From Orbicella franksi (taxonomy: Eukaryota), in contig OZ116708.1 of the NCBI GenBank assembly GCA_964199315.1, positions 3,782,001 through 3,846,000 of the forward strand: a stretch of DNA of 64,000 nt, given 5' to 3'. This document shows, in pieces, positions 40,201-52,083 of the stretch. The position numbers and the translations under genes were made by a program. The notes under the pieces are model-generated. The model had not been told where the DNA came from. It made no database searches and was given only the letters and a program-made list of their open reading frames with translations. Each line of letters opens with the position of its first letter. Positions within the stretch are counted from its first letter, which is position 1.

Positions 40201-43200
40201 AAGGGTTGAAAGGGAGAGAGAAAAAACAGGCAGTTTGTTCTCCTTTCTATGTAACGAATTACCTTAAGAGTTCTCGTTTAAGAAGCTACTTTAAAATTGA
40301 CTAGAAAACCTTGTAAATGGCTTGCTACTTTATTACCTTCCAACTGAGCCTGCGATATCCTCCTCCGACCCGTATGACGGGATTCATAGAAAACATCTCC
40401 TAGAAAACACAAACACCAGTCAACTGCTCAGGTACAAATCACTCCGCGGAGTACAAAAATCTACATCCTCAGTAGCCCTGGAGCGCCGCTTTCCCAGCTA
40501 AGAATCAAGACGTCTAAAATATCTTTTGCTCCCTGACTACGGATCCCATCGGATCGCAGTTGTCGACAGACAGCTCAGCAACTAGCCACAAAGATCGTCA
40601 ATTTAAAATCTTCATTCGTCAGTTGAAAATCATTTTTTCACAAGTTCTAAGTCTATTCTTTTAAGAGGTAGCCTCAAAAAATAAGTCTTATAAAAGATAA
40701 CGTCGTATCCTCAAAATTCACCCTCAAGCCTTATTTGAGCGAAATTTTCTCAAACCTCTGTCACCCTCAGTTGTTGTTTTCACGTGTATTTTTTTATGTT
40801 TGCTGCTTTGGGAATTTGTTCCTGACAAAATTTACAATTGGCATTTGCAAAGCGCGACTTGATGGTGAAATTTGCTACTCTATGTCAGCATCCATAAGAG
40901 ATAATTCAGTTTTTGACCATCTTTCTCCCGTAATAAAAACGCGAGTAAGTTGCTCCGGTTGTAGTATGGCTTGCATTTTGCAATCCCGTAAACATCGACA
41001 TCATCAAAACTTACGCTCTCAGACCTCTGACTCCTGAGTAAGCGAGGGCAAGGTGAATTGGATACTGGGGAAGGAGCCGGCAGCTAGGGAACACGAAAAC
41101 AACGTGATCAATACTTGACTACACTTCTACATCTCATTTCAAAAGAGTGGCTTATATTTATACAAAGATTCCACAAAAACACAAGCTCTTCGTAACAAAA
41201 TACATGTAAGAAAAATATGTCTAGCTAATACTGCACACCAACAACATTCATTGTACTCGTTCTTGCAAGTTAAATCAAATTTTTCACAAACCCGTTTTTG
41301 CGTCTTTTCGCGGGAGTTTTTCTCTGTAGAGCTGGAGATAATCTTCAGACTAAGAGGCGGTGGATGGATGAAACTGATGTACTTTGAAACATCTGATCCG
41401 CGACTGGTCTGCAAAGAAAACGAACAATAATCAGTCCATATTGAGACATTTGACAAAAAAGTGTAGAAGTCTGACTTTTAACAAAACTGCTTGTCTTAAT
41501 TCAATTGCATGGAGGCGCAGCGGCCTCATGGTTAGCGCGCTGGGCACCGGGTTCGAACCCTGGCTGAGAACATTGTGTTGTGTTTTTAGACAAGATACTC
41601 CACTTTTCCAGTACTTCTCTGCCCTCAGGTGTAGAAATGGATATCGGGGGGTAACCCTGCGATGGACTAGCATCCCAACCGGGAGGGAGTAGAAATGCTC
41701 CTAGTCGCTTCATGTTACAGAAAACGGCAACAAGCGCGCCAACAGAAGGGCCACTTGGATCGTATGCAGACTTAACCTTTATCTTACTACAATTGTACAG
41801 GGTCGAAGTTAAAACCTTACCAGTACAACGGGGTCCATCTTGGGAAGTCTCTCAACTACCCGGATGTGATTCCTGTGTAACCACTCGTTCACCATCTCTT
41901 CCTGACAGTAATTTGTACTTGGAGTGGAACAGCGCTGGAGTTGCCATTTGCTCAGTGGGGTCAACAGCCTGTCTGACTGGTTTTCCGAGCCGGTTGTGGC
42001 GAGAGCTAATAACGAAAACAATTTCATTCATTTTTACCAGACTGGAATAGACGCGCGCTCTGGTAAGCCTACGTGTAGCCGTACCCACCCCCAAGGGTAA
42101 AGGGGGAAAGGGAACCCCTTTATTAAGTTTTTCCACGGGGGTTGGGTACGGCTACAGTCAAGCTTATTCTGATCAATTAAATCCCGCGAGAAAGACGGCT
42201 GCGATTCTAATAGTATCAGCGATTTTAAAACGAAATAAAAGAATAACCCTGGCTAAGATAAATAACGATAATATAAACCTCAATAAGGAAGATTCGGATG
42301 TGAATTTGAAAATAGGGAAAAGTTCTTTTCTGGATTTCAAAATCTTCTTAACGTGAAAACAAGAAATAGTACTTCCAGGGTTGTACAAGGGAGTCTCTGG
42401 CACGGTTCACAAACGAAAAAAAAATAGAGGATCACAGATCACGGATATAAAAATTTCGTTTTCCCGAATCACGAAAATAAGCAAGTAAGATATTCTTTTT
42501 AATAACCTGTTTTTACTAGAAAGAGTGTTTTAAGAAAGCAAAATCTTGAAAGACTAACGGTGCATTCCTTTGGGGTGATCCGGATCCGGATCAGTGATCC
42601 AAGATCACTCGGATCGTGGTGCATCAAAGAAACCGACGAATCCACTCTGGTCACGGATCGGATTCATCGGCTTCTTTGATGCACTATGATCCGAGTGATC
42701 TTGGATCACTGATCCTGATACAGATCACCCCAAAGGAACGCACCCTTCGTCAAGGCTACATATTGCAAATCGCATACTTAAGTCACTCTCTAATTACCAT
42801 TCGGAGGACTCGCGTCTCAAAATAACGTGGAATAGAGTAGTGAAATCACGGATATCGGTTAATAATTCAAGTTCTTCACGGATCACGTAAAACCTTCAGA
42901 TCACGGATCATGAAGAATAATTTCCTAAATTCACGTTTCACGGAAAATTAATAAAAATCAGCTAATCACGCATCACAAGAGTACCCCTGTACTACCTCTT
43001 CTTCATTTGTTGAATTCCTGACACTGCTTACTAAATTCTTCCTTGTCATCGCAATAGAAAGTTGCCTAGTAACTGAATGGCCTTCTCCCAGGCCTTAACG
43101 ATCAGTTCATTTTGGCAATGTGTTCGAACAGCCTTGCGGGTGAACGCTCGGACCACGTGACCAGAAAACGGGTTGACCACGGCAAAATATAGAGGCCTAG

Positions 43201-44788
43201 GAACAAGGTAAAAGGCTACCTCGCTTGTTGCCTTTTTCATCGACTTTACTGCTAGCTAAGAAAGTAAGTCTGAAATAAGAAGATTTCCTCCTTCAGGCTT
43301 TCGATAAATTGTGTCTGGAACATTTTTCTCTCCTTCAGAGAGAATATGAAGAGCTACCTATGTAATCGTGTTTGATTTCATTTCGTGACAGGAAGAGGTC
43401 CAATCTCTTGAAAGCGAAAAACCTTTTGAAAAATATGATTAAACTTAGCAAATTTCTTCAAAACAGAAGCAAGTTTTTCAATTGAATTAAGAAACAGAAC
43501 GACAGCCAGAAACCCGAGATGTTGAACTCGTATAAAATAAAATTAGCTCAGAAAAGGAAATAAAGGGTTTCATGTTTACAATTTGTCAAAACATCGTCTA
43601 ATTTTCATGTCGCGCTTTTGAAATTTTAGCATGATTTTCCGTCAAGCTGAATAAACAATTTCCTTTCGAAGACATCTTTTCACTTCGCGCAAAAATGAGT
43701 ACGATTTCTTCATGTGTACAACAGGAGATGTACAAGAAGTAAGTTAAATTACTCAATCTGTGAGATAGCAAAAGATGGTCAGAAATTACAATTCTGACAA
43801 CTCATGTTTTCCTTTAACGTATTACCTGACAGTTCCAAGTCAGAGGATCTCCATACTTAACTATGGCTTGACTTTTTTGTTCTCTTATTATTAAAGCAAA
43901 CACACAACTAGCGAGATCCCAGCAATTCAAAAACAACAAGTCGGAACATGAATTACTTCATCGAGTTTACAAAAAAAACATTGATTAAAAAAAAAAGCAA
44001 AAATAGGTTAAAAAGGCGTTGCGAATTGTAGATATATTTTCCATGCTATTTTGCTCACTTACCTAAAAATATATCGTGCTTGCTTTAACATAGCGACAAT
44101 TTTTGAGTTACTTTATAACGTTAATGAGGTACCCTTAATTCTTGTGGAATTTTCCGTCCCAGAATTAATATGCGCAATTTGCGGCGGTTTTTACGGGTTT
44201 CAGACGATAAAGAAGTCATTTGTTAATCAGTCGACTAGTTAGTACCCCTTTCAATATATTTCACCGCTGCAAGCGATATCAAAACCGTTACAGATGTGAG
44301 AATGTGAAAGCAAAAACTTGGCTCTCCCTAAAAAGATGTAAAAAATTACGACTGAACAATCGCAATTCCAGAGAAAAGTTGGAGCTCACACATGTTTATC
44401 ATGTTATCAACAAGTAAAGGAAAGTCAGAGCAGGGCTGTTAGTTATCGCTTCATCTGAAAATGACTAGATATTTCTAGCCCTTGTTAAATTCTTTGAGAA
44501 AAGCGAATATTTTTCTACAGCTTTCGATAGAAAACCGGGATTGGTGACAAAGAATACAAATTAGTAAAGGCTTTGATCCGGTTTAAATAACCCAGCGAGG
44601 TTAGGTTGGTTTCATAAGCGTGAAAATAAACACTGAAACATAAAAGGCTGCTTACCTCGTACTGGTGGTAGAGCGATGAAGTCTTCTTTTTTTCGATCTG
44701 TTGTTCGATCTTCTCTTTTAAGGGGATTTCTCTGAACACTAAATTTGGTTTCTTGCGTCGCAGGTAAGAAAGTCGGATGACTAGTCAT
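28212..44788 (-). CDS. Uncharacterised protein of about 1530 aa: two CxxC zinc-ribbon-like regions, long charged low-complexity middle, C-terminal EF-hand-like domain
   Basis: Manual phase-consistent GT-AG exon chain: 44788-44656, 42005-41821, 41408-41292, 41083-41015, 40399-40337, 39911-38547, 38471-38255, 38076-37669, 37212-36826, 36334-36281, 36185-36094, 35805-35774, 35095-34963, 34782-34266, 34173-34081, 33857-33782, 33210-33161, 33075-32960, 32539-32465, 29919-29834, 29530-29461, 29175-29032, 28328-28212 (4599 nt). EF loop DDDEDGIISYEQ; C-terminus GEISFLDYMAYLPLFLSIHQNICENALDMSRNKYQRKSTT*. The 5' five exons and the small middle exons are less certain. Confidence 0.8.
31418..31801 (+). 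CDS. Putative intronless 127-aa (or 117-aa from the second Met) protein nested antisense in an intron
   Basis: ATG-initiated ORF MESLEKKTGCMKVQDPYFGKRKPSTTLKRIHRK...WPSKDDFETLLFRMI* in otherwise stop-rich intron 29920-32464; AATAAA at about 32073. No family recognised. Confidence 0.45.
   Translation: MESLEKKTGCMKVQDPYFGKRKPSTTLKRIHRKMLLLESQKKEEQVNQERSSSTTPSSTRTVLSSLREIKQDEVQSRSNEELSRLTITAIPRQHRASTAPGELSTSTLTKDPWPSKDDFETLLFRMI
33480..33620 (-). mobile_element. Decayed SINE family 1 fragment
   Basis: gataccaatttacacccttacccgggtag..gagagcaaggtgtcttgtctaagagca is the reverse complement of the CORE-like segment. Confidence 0.5.
35880..36060 (+). mobile_element. SINE family 1, 5'-truncated copy
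   Basis: ccaggggtatatatgggtaccggcgaatttaatgctgggggtaatcc..ggactagcatcccatccagggg..agtagaaatactcc..cttcatgc..gggataagctctggc. Confidence 0.85.
41511..41781 (+). mobile_element. Near full-length tRNA-derived SINE (family 1, CORE-like middle)
   Basis: Pol III head ggaggcgcagcggcctcatggttagcgcgctgg (A box) and ggttcgaaccc (B box), body shared with copies at 27312, 33480, 35880 and about 17170-17300, ending cgtatgcagacttaaccttt. Not a functional tRNA: the cloverleaf is incomplete. Confidence 0.85.
42065..42165. mobile_element. 100-bp MITE
   Basis: agcctacgtgtagccgtacccacccc / ggggttgggtacggctacagtcaagct inverted ends. Confidence 0.7.
42558..42746. mobile_element. Fold-back palindromic MITE inserted into an ATCACG-rich repeat (about 42400-42995)
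   Basis: ggtgcattcctttggggtgatc..gatcagtgatccaagatcactcggatc.tggtgcatcaaagaa.ccga / tcgg.ttctttgatgcactatgatccgagtgatcttggatcactgatc..gatcaccccaaaggaacgcacc: about 85-bp arms. Confidence 0.9.
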
Positions 44789-44839
44789 TCTCAGCTGACA
44801 TTAACATTCTGCTCGAGGATTAACATCTGCAACCAAATC

Positions 44840-44853
44840 GTTTCCATGGAAAG
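44840..44853. promoter_or_regulatory. RFX X-box upstream of the Zn/EF-hand gene
   Basis: GTTTCCATGGAAAG is one mismatch from palindromic GTTTCCATGGAAAC, 52 bp upstream of the predicted ATG (44788). Confidence 0.55.
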
Positions 44854-47312
44854 CCTTCTAAAACTAATCAATAATTCATTCAATTTATTTCGGACTGTCT
44901 GCGACAGGTGGAATTTTACATAATATACGGGCGCCGATATTATATGCGCATCGAAACTGTCGACATCGAAAAAAGTCTCGAGTTGGGGAAGGAAATGTTC
45001 TTAAATGAGTCATTCGAGCGCTAAAAGTGACTCGCCTTTGCGAGGTGCGAAAGCAACACCTCATGAAAAAATTAAAGAAAACTCTTTTGTTTGCGAGGTG
45101 GTAACCCTACATGTAAATTACTTGGTTTGTGAATGTCTATTTGCGCATTTAAGGTATTCAATGAAATAAAATGGTTCGAACGGACACAAAAAAACGAAAA
45201 AATAATCCGACGCAGTTGGACTCTCGAAGCAAAATTGCTGCTTTTTTCGTGTTTTCATTTTTTTTTCTTAGGAAGCGATTTAATTAAGCAGCATTGTAAA
45301 AATATCGGAGAAATATATATTGAAAAAGAAGTAGTACAAGAGCCGATATTGTACTATGACTGAAGTAACTAATCAGGTGAAATTTACAATCGCTATCTTA
45401 AAATGTATTTGATGGGATTTTGACATGATAAAATAAGCAAAATAAATTCTCCTATTTTGGCTCAAATCAACTTGCTTTTGTTGGGCGACGAGAAAAAAAA
45501 AAAAAAAAATAGAAGAACTGTATTAAGGCGCCCTTGCATGTGGAGTTCAACACGAGATAAAGAATATCTATAAGGAAGAAAACAGTTTTCTTGTCGTGAT
45601 ATCCGAGATACTCGTTATAGCGACACTTCAGATAAAAGAAAATTTATATTTCTTCACACTGCATGGCTTAGTAAAACTGTTAAACCGAAAAAACTGAAAT
45701 ATCATCGGATGATAAGACTGAAAACCTGAATTTTTCACCTTTTGTTGTTTCAGAAAGTAAGTCAACAAAACCTCGGTGAGCAATTAGCGTTAATGAGCTG
45801 AACGAATTACGCCATGTTCAACTAAAACAATGTCAATCAATCAACAAAAGACACGGAAAAGAGTAATGAAATTTTCCAAGGAATGACTCAGTCGTAATGT
45901 ATTCAAACAAGAGGGTATAAAAGGACAAATGTGTGGCGAAAAGGAAGAAAATGCGCAGTTTTATAGAGATCAATTAATCAAAGGGGTGGTAATCTCTTCG
46001 CACGCGCGCTTGCACGACTCTTAAAAACAGTGATAGCGCTAGCCAACACTGCATACAGTCTCTGTTTTGTTCAACCTCTCAGTGTGGGAATACCTAAGAA
46101 AATTACGCAACAAACATTCTCGTCCCCAGCGCAACTCGCTCTGATTCACTGACTACGTGACCAAAGAAACGAAAGCTCTGGGGACAAAGTCGGCAGGTGA
46201 AATATTTGTGTTATGTAATAAATCTAGGTGATCAGCCCGAGGCTTAGTTTTGTTCAAAAGGAGTTTAGTTAGCCTGTGAAAGGCGTGTTGTATTGTTTTG
46301 CGCGGCTTTTTTCGAGTGAAGCAAAGGAAACAGAAGACGCGCATGTAGGTTGCGAAGGAGGGAGGGGGGGGGGAGATGGAAGAAATTATATTGTTCACAG
46401 GGGGGGGGGGGAAGCAATAATTCTGTCTACTGGAGATAAGTGTGAGTACAATTTAAGTTACTATTTTCTGGACAGCGGAAACGAATACAGAGAGGAAATT
46501 ACGAAGAAGCAACAAATTTCTTCCGAAGTGTATTCCGATGAATTTGAAGGGCGGAAAAAGTACAACCTTATACTAAAAATAACGAAATCACAACAAAATG
46601 GAAATGTATGCCGTTTAATTGTTTCAAAATCTGTTTTAATTAAACATGTCAGCCGAGGCGAGGTTTTCCAAGACTGACAACTAGGTTTACTCAAAATGTT
46701 CAAAGATCGCTTTTTTAACATAACTGTTACGTGTATCTTGTCGGTCACTCGAGAACTCTGCCATTATTTCACGAGTGAAGCTCCAAACCGTGCACCAATT
46801 TCTAAATAAGCGGTGTCCATTCATCTGTTCTTCGCTACTTTAATAAGAAAACAATGTTTTATTGCTCAATCAGACAACAGCAACAAGTGTTAAAGCGCAG
46901 CACACACCAGCGATTTTGGGTAGGAAAATGGCTGTATCGAAATATCCTTACGTGACGCCACACTTACGTGACAACACTCGCGTGACACAGTTCCTCCCTA
47001 AATTACGACAGTAGTCACTTTTCTCAAATGAAGCAAATTACGCTTCTGCACACTTTTAACCAAATGAGTAACATGCACGATCCAGCGGTCCAGCGATCCA
47101 CTCCAATCCACACAGACCAAGTCGCTGGATAACCGCGACTTAGTCCTTAGAAAATTCCTTTTAATTTAGTCCTATTGTCGTACGGTTGACACTTCCTGTC
47201 CTAACAGCAAACAGTAATTAAGTGTCTTTGGCTCATTTTCATGTTGTTGTCTTTTTAATGTTTCGTCGTTTTGCGTTCTTGATCCCCGTGTGTAAATCTT
47301 GTGGTCATAGTT

Positions 47313-50300
47313 TCAAGCCAGGCCAAATCCTTCAGGGCACTCATCCACTGCCTTGTTCAGCATAGAGCGCAGCTTGTCGTATGTTTCGTACGCAGGAAGA
47401 TCAAGCTGGTTAAAACTGTGAATGAGAAAAAAAAAATGTCATTTGATTAATATCTGATTTCCTCTTTTTGTTAATCTTAATAAAATTGCGTCGATCACTG
47501 TTAAAAACAGCTCATATTAGATAGCGAAATTTAACATCTTGATAGACTGTGAAAACCGAAATCTGACAAGAGAATAACCCTTGCCTCTCGAAAATCGAAA
47601 GTTTACAGTCACATAGCCTCCTTTCAACTAGGCAGTCAAGCATCACATTCTCAACACCGAGCATTGCGTGACCAACCACAATGCTGGTTTGACACAGGGC
47701 TCTTTCAGAACTGCAGCATTTCGATTTGAACGCAATAACATCAAATTAACAAATTTAAGTCAGTTTTTATGCGTCTGTCCTCTTATTGATGATAAATTGC
47801 GTCATAACGTTGTCAAAGTGGCTGTATTACGGAATCTGAAACTAAAACAGAAGCCAGGCACTCACCACGTGTGCGCTGAAGGCAGTCTGTCCGTGGATCT
47901 GTCATCACGGTGGATCTGAAATTTCTGAAATCCATTCATTCCCTCCAGGGCGGCGAATCCTTGTAAGGGAACCTTGCTCGTACCCGTGACGAACTGAAGA
48001 AATTTAGCGCGGTCTGCCTGGTCGAATGAACGCAAAGCCCTCCAAAACCATTGGATCTAAGCAAATGAACAAAGCAAATAAATCATCAAGGTTTTAAACC
48101 ATAGCAAGCAAAGCCAGGCTATCGAACTCAGAAGGCAAAAGCGTGCATCATAATCCAAAGATACATACACAGGTTGTGAGAAAATTTAACTTCTCTTAGC
48201 CGCGAATTTTTTTCTCGTGCGAATGGGTTGACTGACAGTGGTTTGGCTACGATAATGGACTCTAGCCCAACAGCCCTTGTCAAAAAGTAACATTAAAGGA
48301 ATTGTACGACCAACAGAAAGAATAACTGACGGCAAATACCTGTAATGAACCCTCGGTGTACTTATGATACTCCGTGTTGGCTTTCAAGTCATCCAAGTCG
48401 ATGTTAGGTAGTCCAGAAATCAACAACTCTAGCTCTTGCTCGTCAAAGATTGAAATCAACCGCTTGGGAATGATATCGTAAAATCCTGCCAAGAATGACT
48501 CGATCTGTTTTGTTATCGCCCCTGTCATTTTCATCTGGCACACAAGCTTCACATACTCCTTCTTGTTCTCTTCTGTGACGGGAATGTTCCGGCCATCCTT
48601 TTTCAAATCACGGATTTCTGACAAACCGAATTCTTGCACCTGACAAAAATTATTCAGAGATGAAGAAGCTGAGTTAGAAGTTCGTAAGGAGAAATGTTTG
48701 TAATCCATCTTAACCCAGTTCCAGTCTTAACACTCCTACATTCTTACTCATTAGTGAGTAAGTACTCACTTTCAGGTTGGAACATAATTTTGTACATATC
48801 ATGCCGACCGAACACACTGCAAAGATACACGCGACGTTTCCGTCTGTCCTCGAAGGTATTTTTCGAAAGTATTTCTCGATAATATATCGGTAACCTTGGT
48901 TACTACTTTAACCTGGGTTATGCCGTTATTCTGTAAAAAAGACAAGATGTCAGCGAATGTGCCATTATCAATAAAGACACGGACAAACTCATAATCTTTA
49001 CGCAAAAAGATCTTCGCGGAGCAACCTTAGACATGGTTACCACAGGCATCACTTTTAAAAATTCCCTGACTTTTCCCCGATAAAAATAAGATTTCCCTGA
49101 CCAAATAAAGACGAAACGTCAGATCTAGTAGCGGCTTCTGGTCTCAACCTACAGCCGTCCTTTCCTTCCTCATTAAGGAAAAATATCGTTGAGATCACGG
49201 TGACCCCACGTTTATTCCAGCCTTCAATGGCATTAAATAAGCCGTGTTGAATTATTTCAATTTTCCATGACTTTTCTTCAAAATGTAAATTTTCCCTGAC
49301 TCAAAATAAAATTCCCTGACTTTTCCCTGACCTTGAAGATTTTCCTTTTTTCCCTAACCATTTCCTGACCTGTGGCAACCCTGGCAGAACATGACTTCTA
49401 AAACGGAAAAAGTGCTACACCGTTTCTAGTAAAGTGGATTCTTATGCAACTCTCGTAACAATGGAGGTTAAGGAAACTCAGACCCAGATCCATCCCCCTC
49501 CACTTCAATCGCTAACCAAGCAGAAATACACTACAAAACCTTTCAAAAAAAATCCTCGGTTTACAAATTAAACTACGTTTGCAGGAGCCGACAGCCGATA
49601 GAAGCATTTCAGTTTAAACAAAACTTTAATGGTACGTTACCTCTGTGCTGAATGTGAGCTCCATGTCGATCTCACTCAAGTCGTGTTCCAGCAGATACTG
49701 CAGGCCCTGATAAAACGCATAGTCGAACGACTCCAGATCTGTGAAGTGCACAGCCTTGCCCAAGATGTGCTTATAGAAGGAGCGAGTAAAGAAACAGTCC
49801 AGAAGCTTGTTGTCATAAATCGCCTTGGCTACGATCCTGCCCACGAATTTAAAGTAACTCAAGTGGTTGGAGTTACAGTTGGAGCTGGGGTTGGGTTGGT
49901 ACGTGACCCGGTCCCCTGGGGAAGTGGTAAATAGAGCGTAGTTAGGATTAAACATCTCCCGGGACATGATCACGAACCACTCCCGAAGTAATCCCCCGGC
50001 ATCTTGCCCCTCTTCGCCTTCGAATACGACGTACAAGCGGCACTTCATCTCCTCCGAAGAACGCCGATGGAGTTCGCGGTACGAATCTTCGAACACGTGT
50101 TCGCGTCGTACGTGAATCGTGAGGTCGTCTCGTCGGATTCCTTCGTCGAGTCGTTCGAGCTCTTGTCGGAAGAACCGACGTTTTACGTCAAAGTCGAGAA
50201 CGCGCGTGTGATCCACGAGGACCGCGAACGGTCCGTCAGCGAGGTGGACGGTGGACTGGCGGAGAATCTGGTTCAAAACGGTTCGGTGCTTTTCTGTGAA

Positions 50301-52019
50301 CAACAAGAATTCAAACATGAGTTCGAAATGCGAAATTTAAAGATAATAGCTCCTGGCGTGAAGGTGCTTCTCTACATAAAGACAAGGCAAGATCTGTGAT
50401 GTAACTCACTGCCCTCCCTCCAATCCCTTAGATGCCACTCCTTTTCGTGGTTTCACCGCTTGTTTGCCAGCTAACGAGATTTCCCATTACGCCGGCAATT
50501 GAACTCATAGATAAAAGAAAGATTTCATATTTCTTCCAGCAACATCAAGTTTCTAGTGAACCACAAACAAAACAAAACAAAGCACAACAAAACAAAACAA
50601 AACAAAACAAAGCACAACACAACAAAACGCAACAAAACAAAACAAAGCACAACACAACAAAACGCAACAAAACAAAACAAAGCACAACACAACAAAACGC
50701 AACAAAACAAAATGCAACAAAACAAAATGCAACAAAACAAAAATCAAAACTAAACAAAACGAAACAAAAAAAAACAAAAAACAGTTGACGGTTACTCTAA
50801 AAATGTGCCAAATTTCTTACCAGCGAATCGTAGAAACTTTTGCGTGTCAGATGGCAGGTCTGACGTCACAGATGTGACTGACATCTGCCTGCTGGGACTC
50901 AAAGGGCCTGGAGAGAGAGGCCCGGGAGATGCTGGCATAATTTCTGAGCTCACTGAGGATAGCCGATGTCCAGAGCGCGGTTGTTCGCCTTGGTTTTGAG
51001 TTGAGCTGCTTTCCTGCTATTAAGAAAAATAAATAAGTCATTTAAATCTACTAACTGGTTTGATGTATAAGAATTTAAGCATAACAGGCTAGCACATCGT
51101 ACTATTTTCGTGAATGTTGATCTGCTCATGTTAACCTGACCACTCCCTCCTTCCCCCAGTCCACCACACCCCACCCCCAGGTGCTAAAGAAGTGTTATAA
51201 ATGTGACAATCACCTGCTTTTCAGTGCCATGGACAAGAAAGAACGCCTCCACAGCGGGCTGCAGCACCAGTACAGCGTGACTATCAGATGTCCTACCCAG
51301 CTCAGACAGACACTCTCCTAACGTGTCCCACAGCTCCTCCAGGGTGATCTGCTCACTCAGCAGAGGCAACTCAGGCTCGTTTGCAGTCCCTGATGTAGAC
51401 GCACCTACAGATGAGAGATGCAGTTACAGTCAATAAACTCCATCAGTTTCACAAATAGTCCTCTGTGCAGCTATTATCTGGGTTGTCACGCAACGCCTGA
51501 CTTCACTGGAATCATTGCGTGACAACAAACCACCGCTAAAGAAACTTCTAAGAGACACCCAACTGTCACCCTCTTCGTCTTATATTTCTCACCTTGCTGG
51601 GAGCTTCCTCCCTCCTGTCCACCTCCCTCAGGTCTGTTTCTGTCGTGACCGCCATCTCCTTGAGGCGCCGGTTCATTCCGCTGACCACTAGCTCTCCCAT
51701 GATCCCCTTGGTGATCAGAGCGCAAGGCGCGCATGTGTGAGAAGGCTTCAAAGATGGCTTCTGCTTCGCTCTCTATTGCCGCGATCACAGCACCAAGACC
51801 ACGTGACCCCTGGACAAGCCGCTGCACCACGGAACTCTCGTCCGTAACTAAAATTCAATGCAAAGTTATCATGATGCCAGGTATTTCACAAATAGATACA
51901 AGACAAAATTCCGAGAATAAGTGCCAGGCTTCCTTTGTCCACGGGAAGCGCGGTGACCTAAAGTCGTCCGGGGACTGCTCAAGGAGCTAACGATAACTAA
52001 AAAGTTATAATACTTTAAC

Positions 52020-52083
<64 letters not shown>

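Noticed and set aside
41511-41560. tRNA gene candidate (A and B boxes)
   Set aside because: The cloverleaf is incomplete and it continues into a multi-copy SINE body.
43290-46680. Hints of a plus-strand gene: exon-like stretches at about 43296, a 3-nt AAA micro-exon motif at 45754-45756 (cag|AAA|gtaagt), an AG|GTAAG at 44763 and a 133-aa ORF at 46276-46677
   Set aside because: I could not join them into a phase-consistent open frame, and such motifs occur by chance in AT-rich DNA. Revisit only if stranded RNA-seq shows plus-strand reads.
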